The notes under the pieces are model-generated. The model did not search any database, had not been told where the DNA came from, and saw nothing but the letters and a program-made list of their open reading frames with translations. Shown here one piece after another: positions 1-13,688 of a DNA stretch of 64,000 nucleotides (positions are counted from its first letter, which is position 1; every line of letters begins with the position of its first letter). This DNA is from Octopus bimaculoides (taxonomy: Eukaryota), in assembly GCF_001194135.2 (NCBI RefSeq), contig NC_068994.1, positions 41,044,814 to 41,108,813 on the forward strand, in the 5' to 3' direction. A program made the position numbers and the translations under genes.

Positions 1-1518
1 ATATAGTAATAATAATATTAGGGAATAAAAAATTTATTCCAACCTACAGGCAAAAATCGGTATAATATTATACCGGGTTTCCTAATATATAATATATATG
101 TATATTGCCAATTTAGAGACGAACCACCACACTACAACTCAGTCAACGATGAACGTAATATTAAATGCAGGCATAAATTAAATTACTTATATAATAAGTT
201 TAGATAACTAGCTTATTTATTTAAACCTAGGATTAGGTACCAACTTATAGTTATGATCAGTAGCGTGAAATACATCAAATTAGCTTTAGAATACACTTTA
301 ATCATATCAATATTATACAAATTGGAACATATAACTACCTTTACTTTAAGTATTCAACGATAATATGTGCAGTCCTTTACAATGTTTCATAACATTTTTT
401 AAGTAATGCATAACTTTCGTATTTGGTATAGTTATTATTCTGCGTAAATCTGAGATGTTGAAGTATTTTAGTATTATTAATCTTCAATAGACTTCTTATT
501 TTAGGTAGATTTTCTTTTTCGATATTTTCGTTATTATTTTAGTAATTATAACACGTACTTACCTCTGGTAATGGACGCCATGTTTATCACGTGACTTTTC
601 AGTATTAATCTTCATAGCATTATTTACGTAATATAGAATTTTCGTATGTGTATAGTTATTACTCTGCGTTAATTTGCAAGTTTAAGTATTTTAGTATTTC
701 TAATCCTCAAGTAACGTTCTATTTTAGGTAGATTTTCTTTTTCGATATTTTCGTTATTATTTTAATAATTATAATACGCATGTACTTCTGTGTAATAGAC
801 GCCATATCACGTGACCTTTTAGTATAAATTCTATAGCACAGCCATTTTGTTTTAATTATACAGTTACCAGCCGGCAGAAAGTCATGTTTTCTTATTTTGA
901 TTTTATAAACAATATTGACATCCGTCTTTTAGTAACTTTATACACTAAGACATTGTTTTACTATTATCTACTTATTCCATAATGTTTTAACCTTGTTTAC
1001 TATAATACTCTTTTTCAATATTTTAGATTGTAACTCTTAATAATTATATTAATACCGTTAATGTAGGGTTTAGTTTACAGATTTTGTCTCTTTATATATA
1101 TTTTTTTATTTCTCATGTTTATGTTTATTCTTTGAATGATTTTAGGGATTTGACCTGAAGAGTGACTAATTTTGGGAGTAAAATCATTTCCCCATTCTAA
1201 TGAACTCGGATAGAACTTGCTTATGATTTTATATGGTCTTATTTCAGCCATGGAACACGCGTAATCTATATACTAGCACTAACTTTTTGCATCTATACTT
1301 CTATACTGTATATTATCGTATTAATTTTTACTGTCCAATTTATAATTTTAACTTTAAATTTTTTTAAAATTAATATTTCTATAATTTATATGATTTACTT
1401 ATGTAATATATTATCTAATTCAAATTTTTAGATTAAAATCTTAGACATATTAAGATGGTGTATGCGTCACAGCATGGATTTGGACGGGTTCTGAGTTGTA
1501 GAGTGGTGGTTCGTCTCT

Positions 1519-1523
<5 letters not shown>
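1..1523. mobile_element. AT-rich non-autonomous element with asymmetric 33-bp inverted repeats and palindromes (Helentron/HINE-like or MITE-like), copy 1
   Basis: The IR at 110-142 (aatttagagacgaaccaccacactacaactcag) matches 1491-1523 with 1 mismatch. There is a perfect 18-bp palindrome cggtataatattataccg at 58-75 and an internal diverged tandem duplication with period about 225 bp (from 415 and 640). A second copy lies at 33511-34553. Confidence 0.8.
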
Positions 1524-1576
<53 letters not shown>

Positions 1577-1578
1577 TA

Positions 1579-2053
1579 CAGGGTGTGATGGGTAAATTGT
1601 TGCCATTTTATATTTCTAATTTCGTGCATCTGCATTGTTTGTTTTTGATCTTGTCCACTACACAGTATAGTAGGGTTAGTTGGGCACCGTCTGTGAAAAA
1701 AATAGCAGCATGATGCAATTCGCACTGCCAGAAATTTGGAAAAGACAAGCTGTACTGCTCAGTATTTGCGTTGGAATCTCCAAAACGAACATTTCTGAGT
1801 GCTTGTGTGTCAATCTGAGAACAGTGCAGTCTAAGGACATATTCCGAGAGTGACAAAAATCAAACATCCAGTCAACATTATGGTGCTTGGATTGATCACT
1901 TGTGATGGCAACGTTATGCCCCCATTCATCTTCTCACACAGCCTCACACTCAACATGGAGGCTTACATCAAGTGCCTGGATGAGGTAGTGCTGCCCTTGG
2001 TCAAGAGTGTGGCTGCTGGAAGACCCTATGCCTGGCAACAGGACTCTCCACCA
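1579..2053 (+). mobile_element. Tc1/mariner-superfamily (maT/DD37D-like) remnant: left terminus plus a transposase fragment
   Basis: TA|CAGGGTG terminus at 1579. The fragment KHPVNIMVLGLITCDGNVMPPFIF...AYIKCLDEVVLP...GRPYAWQQDS contains the second catalytic Asp (QQD). The element is internally deleted and truncated on the right. Confidence 0.8.
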
Positions 2054-2084
2054 TACAATTATTATATGTTTCCCTGGTGTATAT

Positions 2085-2270
2085 ATTCCTCCCAGGATAG
2101 GACGCTGGTCCCTTGCAGGATTATTCATTTTTACCAGCTGAATGAACTGGAGCAATGTGAAATGCAGTGCTTTACTTAAGAACACAATGTATCATTCAAT
2201 CCAGGAATCAAATCCACAAATTTGCAGTCATGAGTCAAATACCCTAACCACTAAGCCATGCACCTCCATT
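2085..2270 (-). mobile_element. tRNA-derived SINE, 5' part (family E)
   Basis: The minus strand reads ggtgcatggcttagtggttagggtatttgactcatgact...gatttgattcctgg, with A-box and B-box-like motifs. Related copies at ~32325-32480, ~47095-47200, ~50045-50375 and ~56855-57000. Confidence 0.65.
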
Positions 2271-2593
2271 CTTAATTACATGGTTAAATTTCAAAATGTA
2301 ACCATGAAATTCATAAGTGTTAATTAGCTGCTTTCCCCAGGCCTTACTCCTTGCCTATCTATCTTCCTAATTTTATTCCTCTTTTCCATTGTTTTTTTTT
2401 TGTTTCTACATTTTTCATCTCACTCTTCTATGTATCAGTTCTCATGGTCAAATGTATACCTTCATGAACTACAATCCTCAAAGGTAAGTGGCTGTTTCCA
2501 CCTCTGTTTTTTTTTTTATTTTTGTAACATTTTTGAATAGATGTAGCTCAAAATTCATACCACCAATGGGCAGAAGGACAAAAAATGTGTCCC

Positions 2594-2637
<44 letters not shown>

Positions 2638-3062
2638 TTTGTAGAAAAAATATTCTAGAATCATAAATTTCTGGTTATGAAATACACAGACACACACAAT
2701 AATAATAATAATAAATCAAGGTACGGGATTTCATGGAACCAAAACTGCCTGAATTTGGAAAGAGTCTAGCAAAGAACAAAAGTCTATCTCAGAAAAGTAG
2801 TCATCTATTCCGTCACACCAGTTAACCAAACTATAAAGATGTAAGTTTCCTGCATACAAATACTAATATTACAGATGTTATGACTTATATGATCTTGGGA
2901 AAATTTGATCTGGAATTGAACCCTTATATCCATTCAGCTATTTCACAATGTAGAATGTTTTCACCAGGTAAAAATTAATCAAGTTTCCTTCTCTTTTTTT
3001 GGTTTGCTTTTGTCTGTGTGTGGGTGTGTGAGAGAAAGTGACAGAGAGAGTATGTATGTGTG

Positions 3063-3094
<32 letters not shown>

Positions 3095-5367
3095 AGTGTG
3101 TATGTTTGTGTGTGTATGAGCAAAAAGGTCTGTATAACAGAAATTTCTTTACAAAATTGGAAGCCTATCTTATAATTATCTGAAATTGAAGAGAGCAGAA
3201 ATAACAATTCACCATAGCAATCTAAAAAAAAATCACAAAATGTAATTTTAGTCTATGGGTTTTCCCCTTATCAAGTAATTTTTGCATAAAGACTTTCAGA
3301 AGCAATGTGAACTTTAATAGTTATGGAGAACAAAAGTTTGGTAGAAAGAAGCAGGACAAATTAATTTAGTAAGATAGAATAGAGTGTTTGTTGCAAAAAA
3401 TATTTGTCATAAAAGAAAGAAAAATGTGACAAAAGTACTGTTTTTTTTTTTTTTTTTACATAGATAAGACTAAAATGGAGAAACAAACCTGTTGGGTGAA
3501 AATGGCTGAGTGAAGAATTAGGCAGGGAAGCAAACATAAAGATTGATACAAACAAATATCGTGAAAGATATTCAACTCAATAGAATATGATAGCACAAGA
3601 AAAGACAGAAGCCATGTTGGTAGATTTTTGTTTCTAAAACTGAATACTATAGTTAGGGAGGTATGTAGTAGAGGAAAAAATAAAAAGATAGGAAAAGGGA
3701 AGCCATATTTTGTGAGAAATCATTCTGTTGGCGATGAGATGGAAAATAGGAGTGATGTGGAGAGTACAGAGAAAGGAAAAAAAGGAAGAAATATTAAAGC
3801 AATATTGTCGGATTATTGGCTGGCAATGAAGAAACAGAGTTGGTAGATTGTTGGGCAAAATACATATTGAGATATTGGTTTTGTCCTGTTCTGAGTTCAA
3901 ATGTCACAAAGTTTTGGGTTGACTTTTTGCTTTTTATGCATCAAAGATTGGTGAGATGAAAGTACTACCTAAGCATAGCAGGGGAAAGGGTGTCATCAGC
4001 TCACTCAAAGATCCCCTCCAATGCACTTTTATAAATTTTGTGACTATTTAATAATGCCGATAAAACAACAGCAAAAACATACCATCACAACTATTTCTTC
4101 AACTACAACCAGAATCACCACAATCATGATCACCAACACTTTCGCAGCCATTGCCACCACCACCACCACTACTACTATTATTATTAATGCTACTACTACT
4201 ACTACTTATCTATGATTTTTTGCATTGGTCTCATTGACGAAGACTAGACAACAAAATGGAAAGAATTTGGGGAGAAAGACTGAGAAATTGTGTATTTTAT
4301 GGTTGTTATACATTAAAATGAGAATGGGAAAAGAGAAAGATATAACGTAGGTAGATGATGAAGATGATACAGATGCGACAAATGAAGAAAAGAAAGTATG
4401 TATGGAGGGAAAGAGAAGATAATCAGAGACAGAGGAGGAGGAGGAGAAGAATTGGCAGAGGAGGTGGAGAAGAAAACTTTAGTGGAAAGTCTTTTGGTAC
4501 TGAACTACATTCCACCAATATTAATATGTCTTGAAAATATGAAAAAATATCAAAATGGAACAGAAATATGTGTGCATGTGAATGCATTTTTGTGTGCATA
4601 TGAAGATATGTATGGATGGATGTATATATATATATATGTATATTTAAGCATGTATGTATATATGTAATGTGTGTGTGTATGTATGTGGAGGAGGGGGTCA
4701 ACACACAAACATGAAGACACATACACACACTCACACATGTGTATGTATGTGTGTGTATATATATATATATATATATAGATAGATAGATAGATACATACAT
4801 ATATATGTGTGTGCTGGAGAGAGGAGGAGGAGGAGAAAAAGAAGTGAGAGATAGAGAAAGGAAGTGTGCCCCACCCCACCAAAAAGAAAGGAAAAGAAAG
4901 AAGATAAAGTACAATAAGACAATACTTTTCCCTTGGAAAATAAACCAAGAAAGCCATTTGAATTTCCGGATTATTTCTAGTGTTAAAGATCTATATTGTG
5001 ACTGTTTGTAATAAAGAAAACCTGAGGTGAAAGACAGATTAACTCTTCATTATTAAACTGGTTTTCTCAATTTCACAGCTATTTTCTTTAGTCAATAGAA
5101 GAGGAGAAGTTTTTGCATGTTACTTGCTGATAAATTTTTCTGTTTCTTTTTTTTTTGCTTTTGCTTTTTTTGCTTTTTGTTTTTTTTTTGTTTCACATGA
5201 CTAACAGAATTTATATATATACACACACACAAAGAGAGAGAGACATAGACATACAAATATATACATGTATGTGTATGTATATATATGCAAATATACATTG
5301 ATATATATGTGCATACTTATACAAATATACAAATACATTCATTTATACGTATACCTATATAGATACC

Positions 5368-5402
<35 letters not shown>

Positions 5403-6292
5403 NNNNNNNNNNCACACATGTACATATATATATATATATACACACACATATACATGTATATATACACATACATATATAAAAGAAAAATGAATTCATATGA
5501 AAAATTTACTGATATTTCTTCTTTTTCTTTCTTCTTTTAATATACGTGTGCAATCAAAGAATTATCTTCTATCACAATAACTTTAATAGAGAGAACGTAA
5601 TGTGTATCCGTAAGGAATGATAAAATGAAATGACTTTGGCTGAACAAAAATACATAGAAGCAGATTGATATATTAAATATAGTAATTTTTTTCCATAAGT
5701 TACTTTGCTTTTTTTTCTTTTTCTTTATCATATTTCTTTTATTTGCATATATATATTCATGTATTTATTTATCAATTTTTATTTTTATGTTGTGAAAATT
5801 CCTTATTATTTTTAGCTTATGACTAAATCAAGACTATGAAGAAAAATTATTTGCGATTCATTTATTACTAAATGTTGCAGAATTTCTTAAAAACATTGTT
5901 TTTGTATTCAACTAAATCAATGAAGCTGGAATTCTGGGAGAGAATAGGAAGATGTATTTTAATTGTTTCATGTTTGGTCTAAGAGATATTTCTTCTGCCA
6001 CATTACTGCTGTGTTAGTCTTCAATATTTTAAGCTTGCGTGGTTTTATTTGTATGTGACAAGAATTAATAAAAATCCATTTCCTTATATATCTCTAACAC
6101 ACAATGTCAATGATGTGTGTGTGTGTGTGCATGTATGTGAGTGTGTTTGCATACACAAATGAATATGTATCTCCCTCTCTCTCTCTGTATGTATATATAT
6201 ATATATGTGTGTGTGTGTGTATATGCATACATGTGTGTGTCTATATATATGCATATCTATCTATCTATCTATATATATATATACACACACAC

Positions 6293-6325
<33 letters not shown>

Positions 6326-6860
6326 ACATATGTAAATATATATGTGTGGGGTGTGTATATAAATATGTTATGTGCACATTCCTCGCACATACACATACAT
6401 TCAGAATATTCGTGTGTTATTACATTTATGTTTATGCTTTTTTGACTGGACAATTCTTAGGTTATTTGCTGCAATTTTCATTCAAACAATTAATTTTTAT
6501 GTTATCTACAAATTAATGATTCAATCATAACTACCTATAGTAACATTTTGTTTCTATAGTCTTCCATCCTAAATTGTTGCAATACTGACTCTTGTGGTCA
6601 AAATCTATAAGGATTCATAAAGCATTTTGAGCTGTCATGTGCTTAGATTGCTATTTTCTGTTTCTTTCTTTTAACTTGACTCTCTGAATTGGCTGGCTAA
6701 TTAACTGCATGAAATTAATCAAATAGTCATCCTACACACCACTGATTAATGTATTAAGAAATGCTTTATGTGTTAGTTTTCAAAATAAATCTCCTAACCA
6801 CGTCATTCCCAGATTATGAAATGAGCTTCTTAAATATTACCTTTTGAGTATGATATTATT

Positions 6861-7157
6861 CATCATCATCGTCGTTTAACGTCTGTTTTCCATGCTAGCA
6901 TGGGTTGGACGATTTGACTGAGGACTGGTGAACCAGGAGGCGACACCAGGCTCCAATCTGATTTGGCAGTGTTTCTACTGCTGGATGCCCTTCCTAACGC
7001 CAACCACTCCGGGAGTGTAGTGGGTGCTTTTATGTGCCACCGGCACGAAGGCCAGTCAGGCTGGTACTAGCAACGGCCACGCTCAAAATGGTGTATTTTA
7101 CATGCCACCTGCACAGGGCCAGTCCAGGGGCACTGGCAACGCTCTCGCTCGGATGTC
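6861..7157 (-). mobile_element. SINE/LINE-tail element with (ATG)n 3' end (family D)
   Basis: The plus strand begins catcatcatcgtcgtttaacgtc...ccatgctagcatgggttgg and contains ggatgcccttcctaacgccaacc. It is closely similar to 30743-31234. Confidence 0.8.
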
Positions 7158-7454
7158 TTCTTTTACTTAATTTCGTTATTAGACTGCAGCCATATTAGGG
7201 TACTGCCTTGGACAGTTTAATTGGACAAATTGACATGAGTAATTATTTTTTTGTTTTTAGAATATGTCTGGTACTTATTCTATTGGTCTCTGTTAGTGAA
7301 CTGCTAAGTAATAGGGATGTAATCAAACCAACACCAATTGTAAAGTAGTGTTGGTGGGGCTAAACACAGACAGAAAGACATCATACATGGGCTTCCACAC
7401 AGTCTTTTTGTCTTTCAAATTCACTCTACTACAGTGATTTGATCTAGGCTGGTC

Positions 7455-7715
7455 AAGCCCTAGGTCAGTGTCCACTGATCCTTTGGGTCAGTCCTTTTCA
7501 GTCAGACCTATTTAGATGGTTCCTCAGTAGCTTCTACATTGTTTGTATGGCTCTTCTACTAACTCCTGTAATGCCCTAGGTTCCATAGGCCTTACTCAGA
7601 GAATGACCTGCAAATCCTCAAGAACTCACCTCCACTGGCAAACACCTGGATTTTTCCACCCATTCTTGCAACAGTCTTCCACTAACTCCTAGTACTGAGT
7701 ACCCTTCCCATCTTA
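7455..7715 (-). mobile_element. Decayed non-LTR retrotransposon, restriction-like endonuclease C-terminus (HERO/NeSL-type)
   Basis: Frameshifted translation Y*ELVEDCCKNGWK / RCLPVEVSS*GFAGHSLSKAYGT*GITGVSRRAI / NNVEATEEPSK*V*LKRTDP. This matches the KY..L...C...GW....PVEVGCRGF pattern recalled for RLE-type elements. Confidence 0.7.
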
Positions 7716-8769
7716 TACTTCCTCCACCCTCTCCTCCCCAGGTATCGCTAAGTCCAGTAGGATTTATATACACATAAAAGTAATTAACATATGGTTCAAC
7801 CCACCATATAAACTTTAAAACCAACATAGTTAATATTTTTCTACCATTATTAGTTGTGCATTTTCCAGTAGGACATGCAGTAACGTCCTTCTCAACTGAA
7901 ATGCTTTAAAAAGCAACTAATAACACAACTAAAAAATACATAAGTGATCAATCTTAGTTCTTGCAGTCCCTATCCAAACAACCATCTTGTAATTTCAGAT
8001 GTGCCAGGAACTGCTTTTCTGATTGATCATTCTATCTTAAACAATGATACACAGAGCTCTATAACAACAAATGAAGGTATCCTGAGGAACAACACTGGAC
8101 TCATAGTGAACAATTAAAGGCATGTTCAAACAATACATATATATCTTGAGATATTGAGAAATAGCACCACTTCTCCTTGCAGTGTGTTTGATGGACGATT
8201 AAATTGAAAATATCCTAAAGCGTAAAATATGTTACAAACTGTAACCCATATGCCATACGAAAGGTGTGAGTGGAAATGGTTAGTGTTTTGTTTATTGATG
8301 GATTTTGTATCCTAACCTACAAATCAGTTTTAGAACAGCAAGTCCTTGTACCATTTCAAAGACAAGGACAACATTTCAAACAAAATGTATTCAATTACAA
8401 GGAGGTTAGTTGTCAATCTCTAAGTCATACTTGCCTTTGACCATCAGAAAATTATACTAGACACAGTAATTATGAACCAGCTTCTCTTGACACTATATAC
8501 ATTTTAAATGTATTCATGTTTCAACACATGTGGTGTGTGGGTTTTTTGCTTTTCTTTTCTCTTTTCCGCAGTTTGGTATTTATAAATGTGTAGTATTTAT
8601 TTATATTATTTTTAGGATGATATTAATACTGTTGTGATAGTATTTCTCATAGAAAATGATGCCCAGATGTTTCAATTGATATCAAATATATAAAAAATAT
8701 CAAAATTTTGGAGGGATTTTATTAAAATAACGTTTTTTCTGAAAAGGACTTTAGAAACATAGCTTAACA

Positions 8770-9007
8770 GTTTGGCGGTGAGCTGGCAGAAATATTAGCA
8801 CGTCGGGCAAAGTGCTTAGCGGTATTTCGCCCATCGCTATATTCTGAGTTCAAATTCTGCCGAGGTCGACTTTACCTTTCATCCTTTCGGGAGTCGATAA
8901 ATTAAGTACCAGTTACGCACTGGGATCGATGTAATTGACTTAATCCCTTTGTCTGTCCTTGTTTGTCCCCTCTATGTTTAGCCCCTTGTGGGCAATAAAG
9001 AAATAAA
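8770..9007 (+). mobile_element. Young full-length SINE (family A) with target-site duplication
   Basis: The head is ggcggtgagctggcagaa, with B-box-like gagttcaaattc and core ctttcatcctttcgggagtcgataaattaagtaccag. The 15-bp TSD has one mismatch: aaacatagcttaaca (8755-8769) versus aaacataacttaaca (9008-9022). Confidence 0.9.
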
Positions 9008-11319
9008 AAACATAACTTAACAAAAGGTTCTTATGTAAAATTATGGTGGACAGTTTTAATTTAAATACAAACACTTCAAAATGAAAGATTTTGAATTGTT
9101 AAGTCAAAGACAACAGTGTTAAGACAAATTGGTATCAAAAGATTTAAAGTTTGTTTCTCTTTGTTTGTTCTTAGGTCCACAAAGTATTCCACTCAAATAC
9201 ACAAAAAGTCATTATCTTCCACACATTCTGTAAAATCCTAACTGGTGCATTGCTGTCTCTTTTAGTTTTCCTAAATCAATCATGACATCATGAAAACCAA
9301 AGCAAAAGAGGGGAAGAATGTTAAAAAGAATGGCATCAAGTGTCTTCATTACTGTGATTACCTTTTCAATGTCCCTTTGAATGGTCTATTGTATATATTT
9401 TTTATAGTTTGGAAACAACACTACCTATGCATACATGTATGTATGTATATACATATACATGTATATATATTCAGGTGGTATATCACTTGAATAATGGGGT
9501 ATAAACATTTAAAATTAAATAAATATTCACTTAAAAAAAAAAACTACCCCAAGATTGGAGCTATGCACCATCAATTTCTGACAAAATCAAGCTCAAAGGA
9601 TAAAAAAAACACTTAAGAGGATAATGTTATCACATCAAATGGAATCAATTTAATCAGCATGTTGCTCTCTTAAAACATAAAGGAGCACAAAAAAATTTAG
9701 ATTGTATAAAAGAAATGCCAGTAAACAATACATAACAAACTTGTCTATGTGCTATATTTAGGCCAAATTTACTACTTGTCTGAATAGACAATAAAGGCCA
9801 TTTATACTTATTGAAACTAGGTACTGCTTTCAAGTCATGTGTGTGCATGTTGTGATCTGAAAGATTGCACATAGCAGGAAACTCTGAGTAGCAATGGAGT
9901 AAAATTAATAAACTCCACGATATGTATCAAGAATGTTTCTTATGTATCAAACTTTTGTCTGGTCATAGGCAAATATTACGAATCTTGTAAACAAGTGAGA
10001 TTTGGTAATAAGAAGGGCAGCTGGCCATAGAAAATCTGGCTCAGTAAGCACTGTCCTACCCATACAAACATGGAAAAGCGGATGTTAAAACAATGATGGC
10101 AACTATGACAACAACAACGATGATGATGATGACGACGATGATGAAGATAATGGATACTATTGATCTTTTTTCATTCATCATTTAGTCAAGAGAAAGGGAG
10201 TACGTGCAACCTTTCACAGGGCTTCCATGTCTGGTTGGAGGCGTGAGCTATACATCCTCAAAGCAGAGATCTAGCCTCATTGCTTGCTTCAGGATGAATG
10301 TAGCTAAAGGCAACCAAGGCCTGGGTGGTGATGATGCTAAACTGGGTGATAGATTAATTGTACTTCCCAATTAGGCCACTGTAGGATTTGAACTCAGAAT
10401 GCAATGACTCATAGCAAACGATACAAGGTAACTCATCTAATACTCTAATGATTCAGCAAGTCAACTCCTCTGTACTAGTACTTTGTTTATTGACCTAGGA
10501 AGTGTGAAAGTCAAAACTGATCTCAGCAGGGTTTGAACTTAGAGGACAAAGAGCCAAGTAGGATAAATAACAAGATACTTCTACTAATCGTCTGAAGATT
10601 TTGCTACTTTGCTGCCAATTGGCAAAAGATTCAGTGGTGTAGCAAGAGTGCATGCCACCTGGGATAGCCATTGAGTTTGCCACCTCATCCCACTGGGCCT
10701 CCACATGCCTATAGCAGACTTATACAGCAGAGCCAAAAGTGCAACCCCAATAAAAATATCACCTGGGGTAGTCCCTTCCCTCATCCCCCCACCCAGCTGT
10801 ACTACTGAATAGGTTGGCTGAATCAGTAGACCATCTGACTAAATAGCATGTCGTATTTAGCAACATCCCTTTTCATTCTAAATTCAAATACCTATGTGGT
10901 TGACTATATTTCCAGAATAAATAAAATACCAGTTAGTTACTGGGTTTGACATATCAGAGGAATGACAGAATAGTTAGAGCAATAGAAAAATTGTACTGTG
11001 ATATTTAGTTTTGGCTCTTCCCATTCTGAATTCAAATGACATTAGGTTCAACTTTACATTTTTCTGAGCTTGGTAAAATAAAGTACTAGTCAAATCTTGA
11101 GGTTGATGTAATCCACAGTATTTCTCACCAAACAAAATGTGGAACCACATGCAAATCCTACAAATCATTGCATTTTTAAACAAAACTGAAACTGAATCAT
11201 TGTCTTTGCTCATTGAGGAATATCTACTTTGAAACAACAGTGGCACCCCACTGTGGGGTCACTAAACCTAAAGGCTGAATGTCCTTCACATTACACCCTA
11301 TTCTCTGAAACAAACAACG

Positions 11320-11354
11320 CTACCTTTGATAATCTAGTCTTAGATGAAATTTTC
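11320..11354 (-). CDS. Candidate terminal Pcdh coding exon: (G)KFHLRLDYQR*
   Basis: Very strong acceptor gtttctttttgtttttccttttctttttttcAG|GAAAA. It is phase-1 compatible with the 14827 donor and gives 11 codons then TAG at 11322-11320. Supported by splice signals only, with no homology evidence. Confidence 0.4.
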
Positions 11355-12620
11355 CTGAAAAAAAGAAAAGGAAAAACAAAAAGAAACTTCAGTGAAGGAG
11401 CTCTCCACCTCAAAGAACAAGAACTGGAATCAGCATTGGGTCAAAGAACTTGTAGAAAGATGGCTTTAGATGGTGCAACAGAATGGCCTCTGCTTTGAAT
11501 GCAAAGCTGCTTCTGTTGTAACTTGACGAATAAAATAAATAAGTTAAGAAAAATTTTCAAAATATAATATAATTGATTTCTATGAGCAAAATTTGCAATA
11601 GATTAGCATCCATAGCCACTGGTGGTGATGCCTCTCAGCTGTTTAATGCTGTAAATGAAGTGGGACAAGCCATACATGAGCAACTAGACAGTATATGTCC
11701 AAGATAAAGAGAATATAGAGACAAGAAACTATGATTATGATGAGCCCGCACAAATTGAACTCAGTCTTCTAATACTCACCCATGCACCTTCATTTAACCA
11801 AGCATTCAACATTCTATCAGTTGGATGATGGAGGAAAAAAATGACTAATGACATTAGTAAAATAAATATTTAGAAAGTTTAATTAAAAATAAATGCAAAT
11901 TAAATTGATTGCAGCCGATATTTTGTAAATGTTTGTGATTCTCACTTCTTAAGAAAATTCAGTGGTGAATAACTGAAATACAATTGTAATGTAATACTGT
12001 ATAGGCTGTTTTGTGTACACCACTCAGCTGATGTAACTTATAGTATCAAATCAATTAAAATCCATTTAAAATCATTACTAGTTGATATCCTTACAATCAA
12101 AAGTTGTTTACATAATAACTGTTTGTAATTGGTCTGTATACAATTTGTTTACAGAAAATTGTTATTTTTCATAATTGGCGTCTAATAAATTTTAAACATC
12201 TATTTGTATATAAAATCGCTTAACTACAGAATTTATTCAAATAATTATAATTATTTCCTGCACAAACATAATTACTTCCTTTCTTTCCAGTATTAGTTTC
12301 TAATGGTTTATGCAATTAGTAACTTATACACTATGACTCAAATATGAATTTCCCATTGATGATACAAGCTCCCGAGAGAATTGTCACTTGAGCCTGTCTT
12401 CCATAATAATAATGATAATAATAATAAGAAGAAAAATGATAAACTTAAAAGCAACAACAAAATAAAGGGACATTTCATACCAAATTTCACACCAGTTAAC
12501 AAAAAGAAAACAAAGAAAAACGAAACTGTTACAACATTAACAATGACAACAAAGGTGAAAACAGTCACAATCCTTTTCTAATAACTACAATATACTCATA
12601 TATATGTATATGTGTGTGTG

Positions 12621-12651
<31 letters not shown>

Positions 12652-12663
12652 ATATGTATATAT

Positions 12664-12892
12664 ATCTCTTTTATATCTCTTTTACTTGTTTCAGTCATTT
12701 GACTGCGGCCATGCTGGAGCACCGCCTTTAGTCGAGAGAAAATCGACCCCAGGACTTATTCTTTTGTAAGCCTAGTACTTATTCTATCGGTCTCTTTTGC
12801 CGAACCGGTAAGTTACGGGGACGTAAACACACCAGCATCGGTTGTCAAGCGATGTTGTGGGGACAAACACAGACACACAAACACACACACAG

Positions 12893-12905
<13 letters not shown>
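12664..12905 (-). mobile_element. 3' half of a microsatellite-containing SINE (family C), young copy running into a gap
   Basis: The plus strand reads ttttacttgtttcagtcatttgactgcggccatgctggagcaccgcc...gacaaacacagacacac, with CpGs retained. Homologs at ~7150-7410, ~31290-31570, ~39685-39925, ~44690-44975 and ~56450-56650. Confidence 0.85.
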
Positions 12906-12945
<40 letters not shown>

Positions 12946-13244
12946 NNNNNNNNNNNNNNNNNNNNNNNNNNNNNNNNNNNNNNNNNNNNNNNNNNNNNNN
13001 NNNNNNNNNNNNNNNNNNNNNNNNNNNNNNNNNNNNNNNNNNNNNNNNNNNNNNNNNNNNNNNNNNNNNNNNNNNNNNNNNNNNNNNNNNNNNNNNNNNN
13101 NNNNNNNNNNNNNNNNNNNNNNNNNNNNNNNNNNNNNNNNNNNNNNNNNNNNNNNNNNNNNNNNNNNNNNNNNNNNNNNNNNNNNNNNNNNNNNNNNNNN
13201 NNNNNNNNNNNNNNNNNNNNNNNNNNNNNNNNNNNNNNNNNNNN
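12946..13244. other. Assembly gap; others at 5403-5412, 34596-34605, 39926-40243 and 58614-58781
   Basis: Runs of N, each bounded by TA, CA or GA microsatellites. Confidence 0.99.
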
Positions 13245-13293
<49 letters not shown>

Positions 13294-13650
13294 CATATAT
13301 ATACGATATGTATATAAGATATATGCTATATATATAATGTATACTATAAATATTTATATATATATATATATACTATATATACATAGATATGTGTATGTAT
13401 GCAAGCATACATACATATATGCATTCATACATACACATATATAGTTATAGAGTAATGAAAAGAAAGTTCTAGGTACAGTATTACATATTTGAAAAATGAG
13501 TAGGGGTGGGGTTTGGGGGAATAATTTTTATTTTATTAATCATGTTTACAGTGTGTAAACATTATTTCAGTGAGTAAACATTAGAAACTCACTATAAACA
13601 TTATTATCAAAATAAAAAAAAATCCCCACCAAAAGCCATCTCTACTCATT

Positions 13651-13688
<38 letters not shown>

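Noticed and set aside
1145-1185. CTGAAGA-containing hammerhead candidates at ~1155 (and its copy at ~34192) and at ~35545 (minus strand)
   Set aside because: There is no closed stem II followed by GAAA. The 7-mer alone is expected by chance.
8774-8860. tRNA genes suggested by A-box and B-box motifs
   Set aside because: All are SINE heads continuing into repeat bodies, and I saw no complete cloverleaf.
12784-13444. Long ORFs with YI/CV/HT runs and X stretches (also ~33 kb, ~39.8-40.3 kb and ~58.5-58.9 kb)
   Set aside because: They are artefacts of dinucleotide microsatellites and N gaps.
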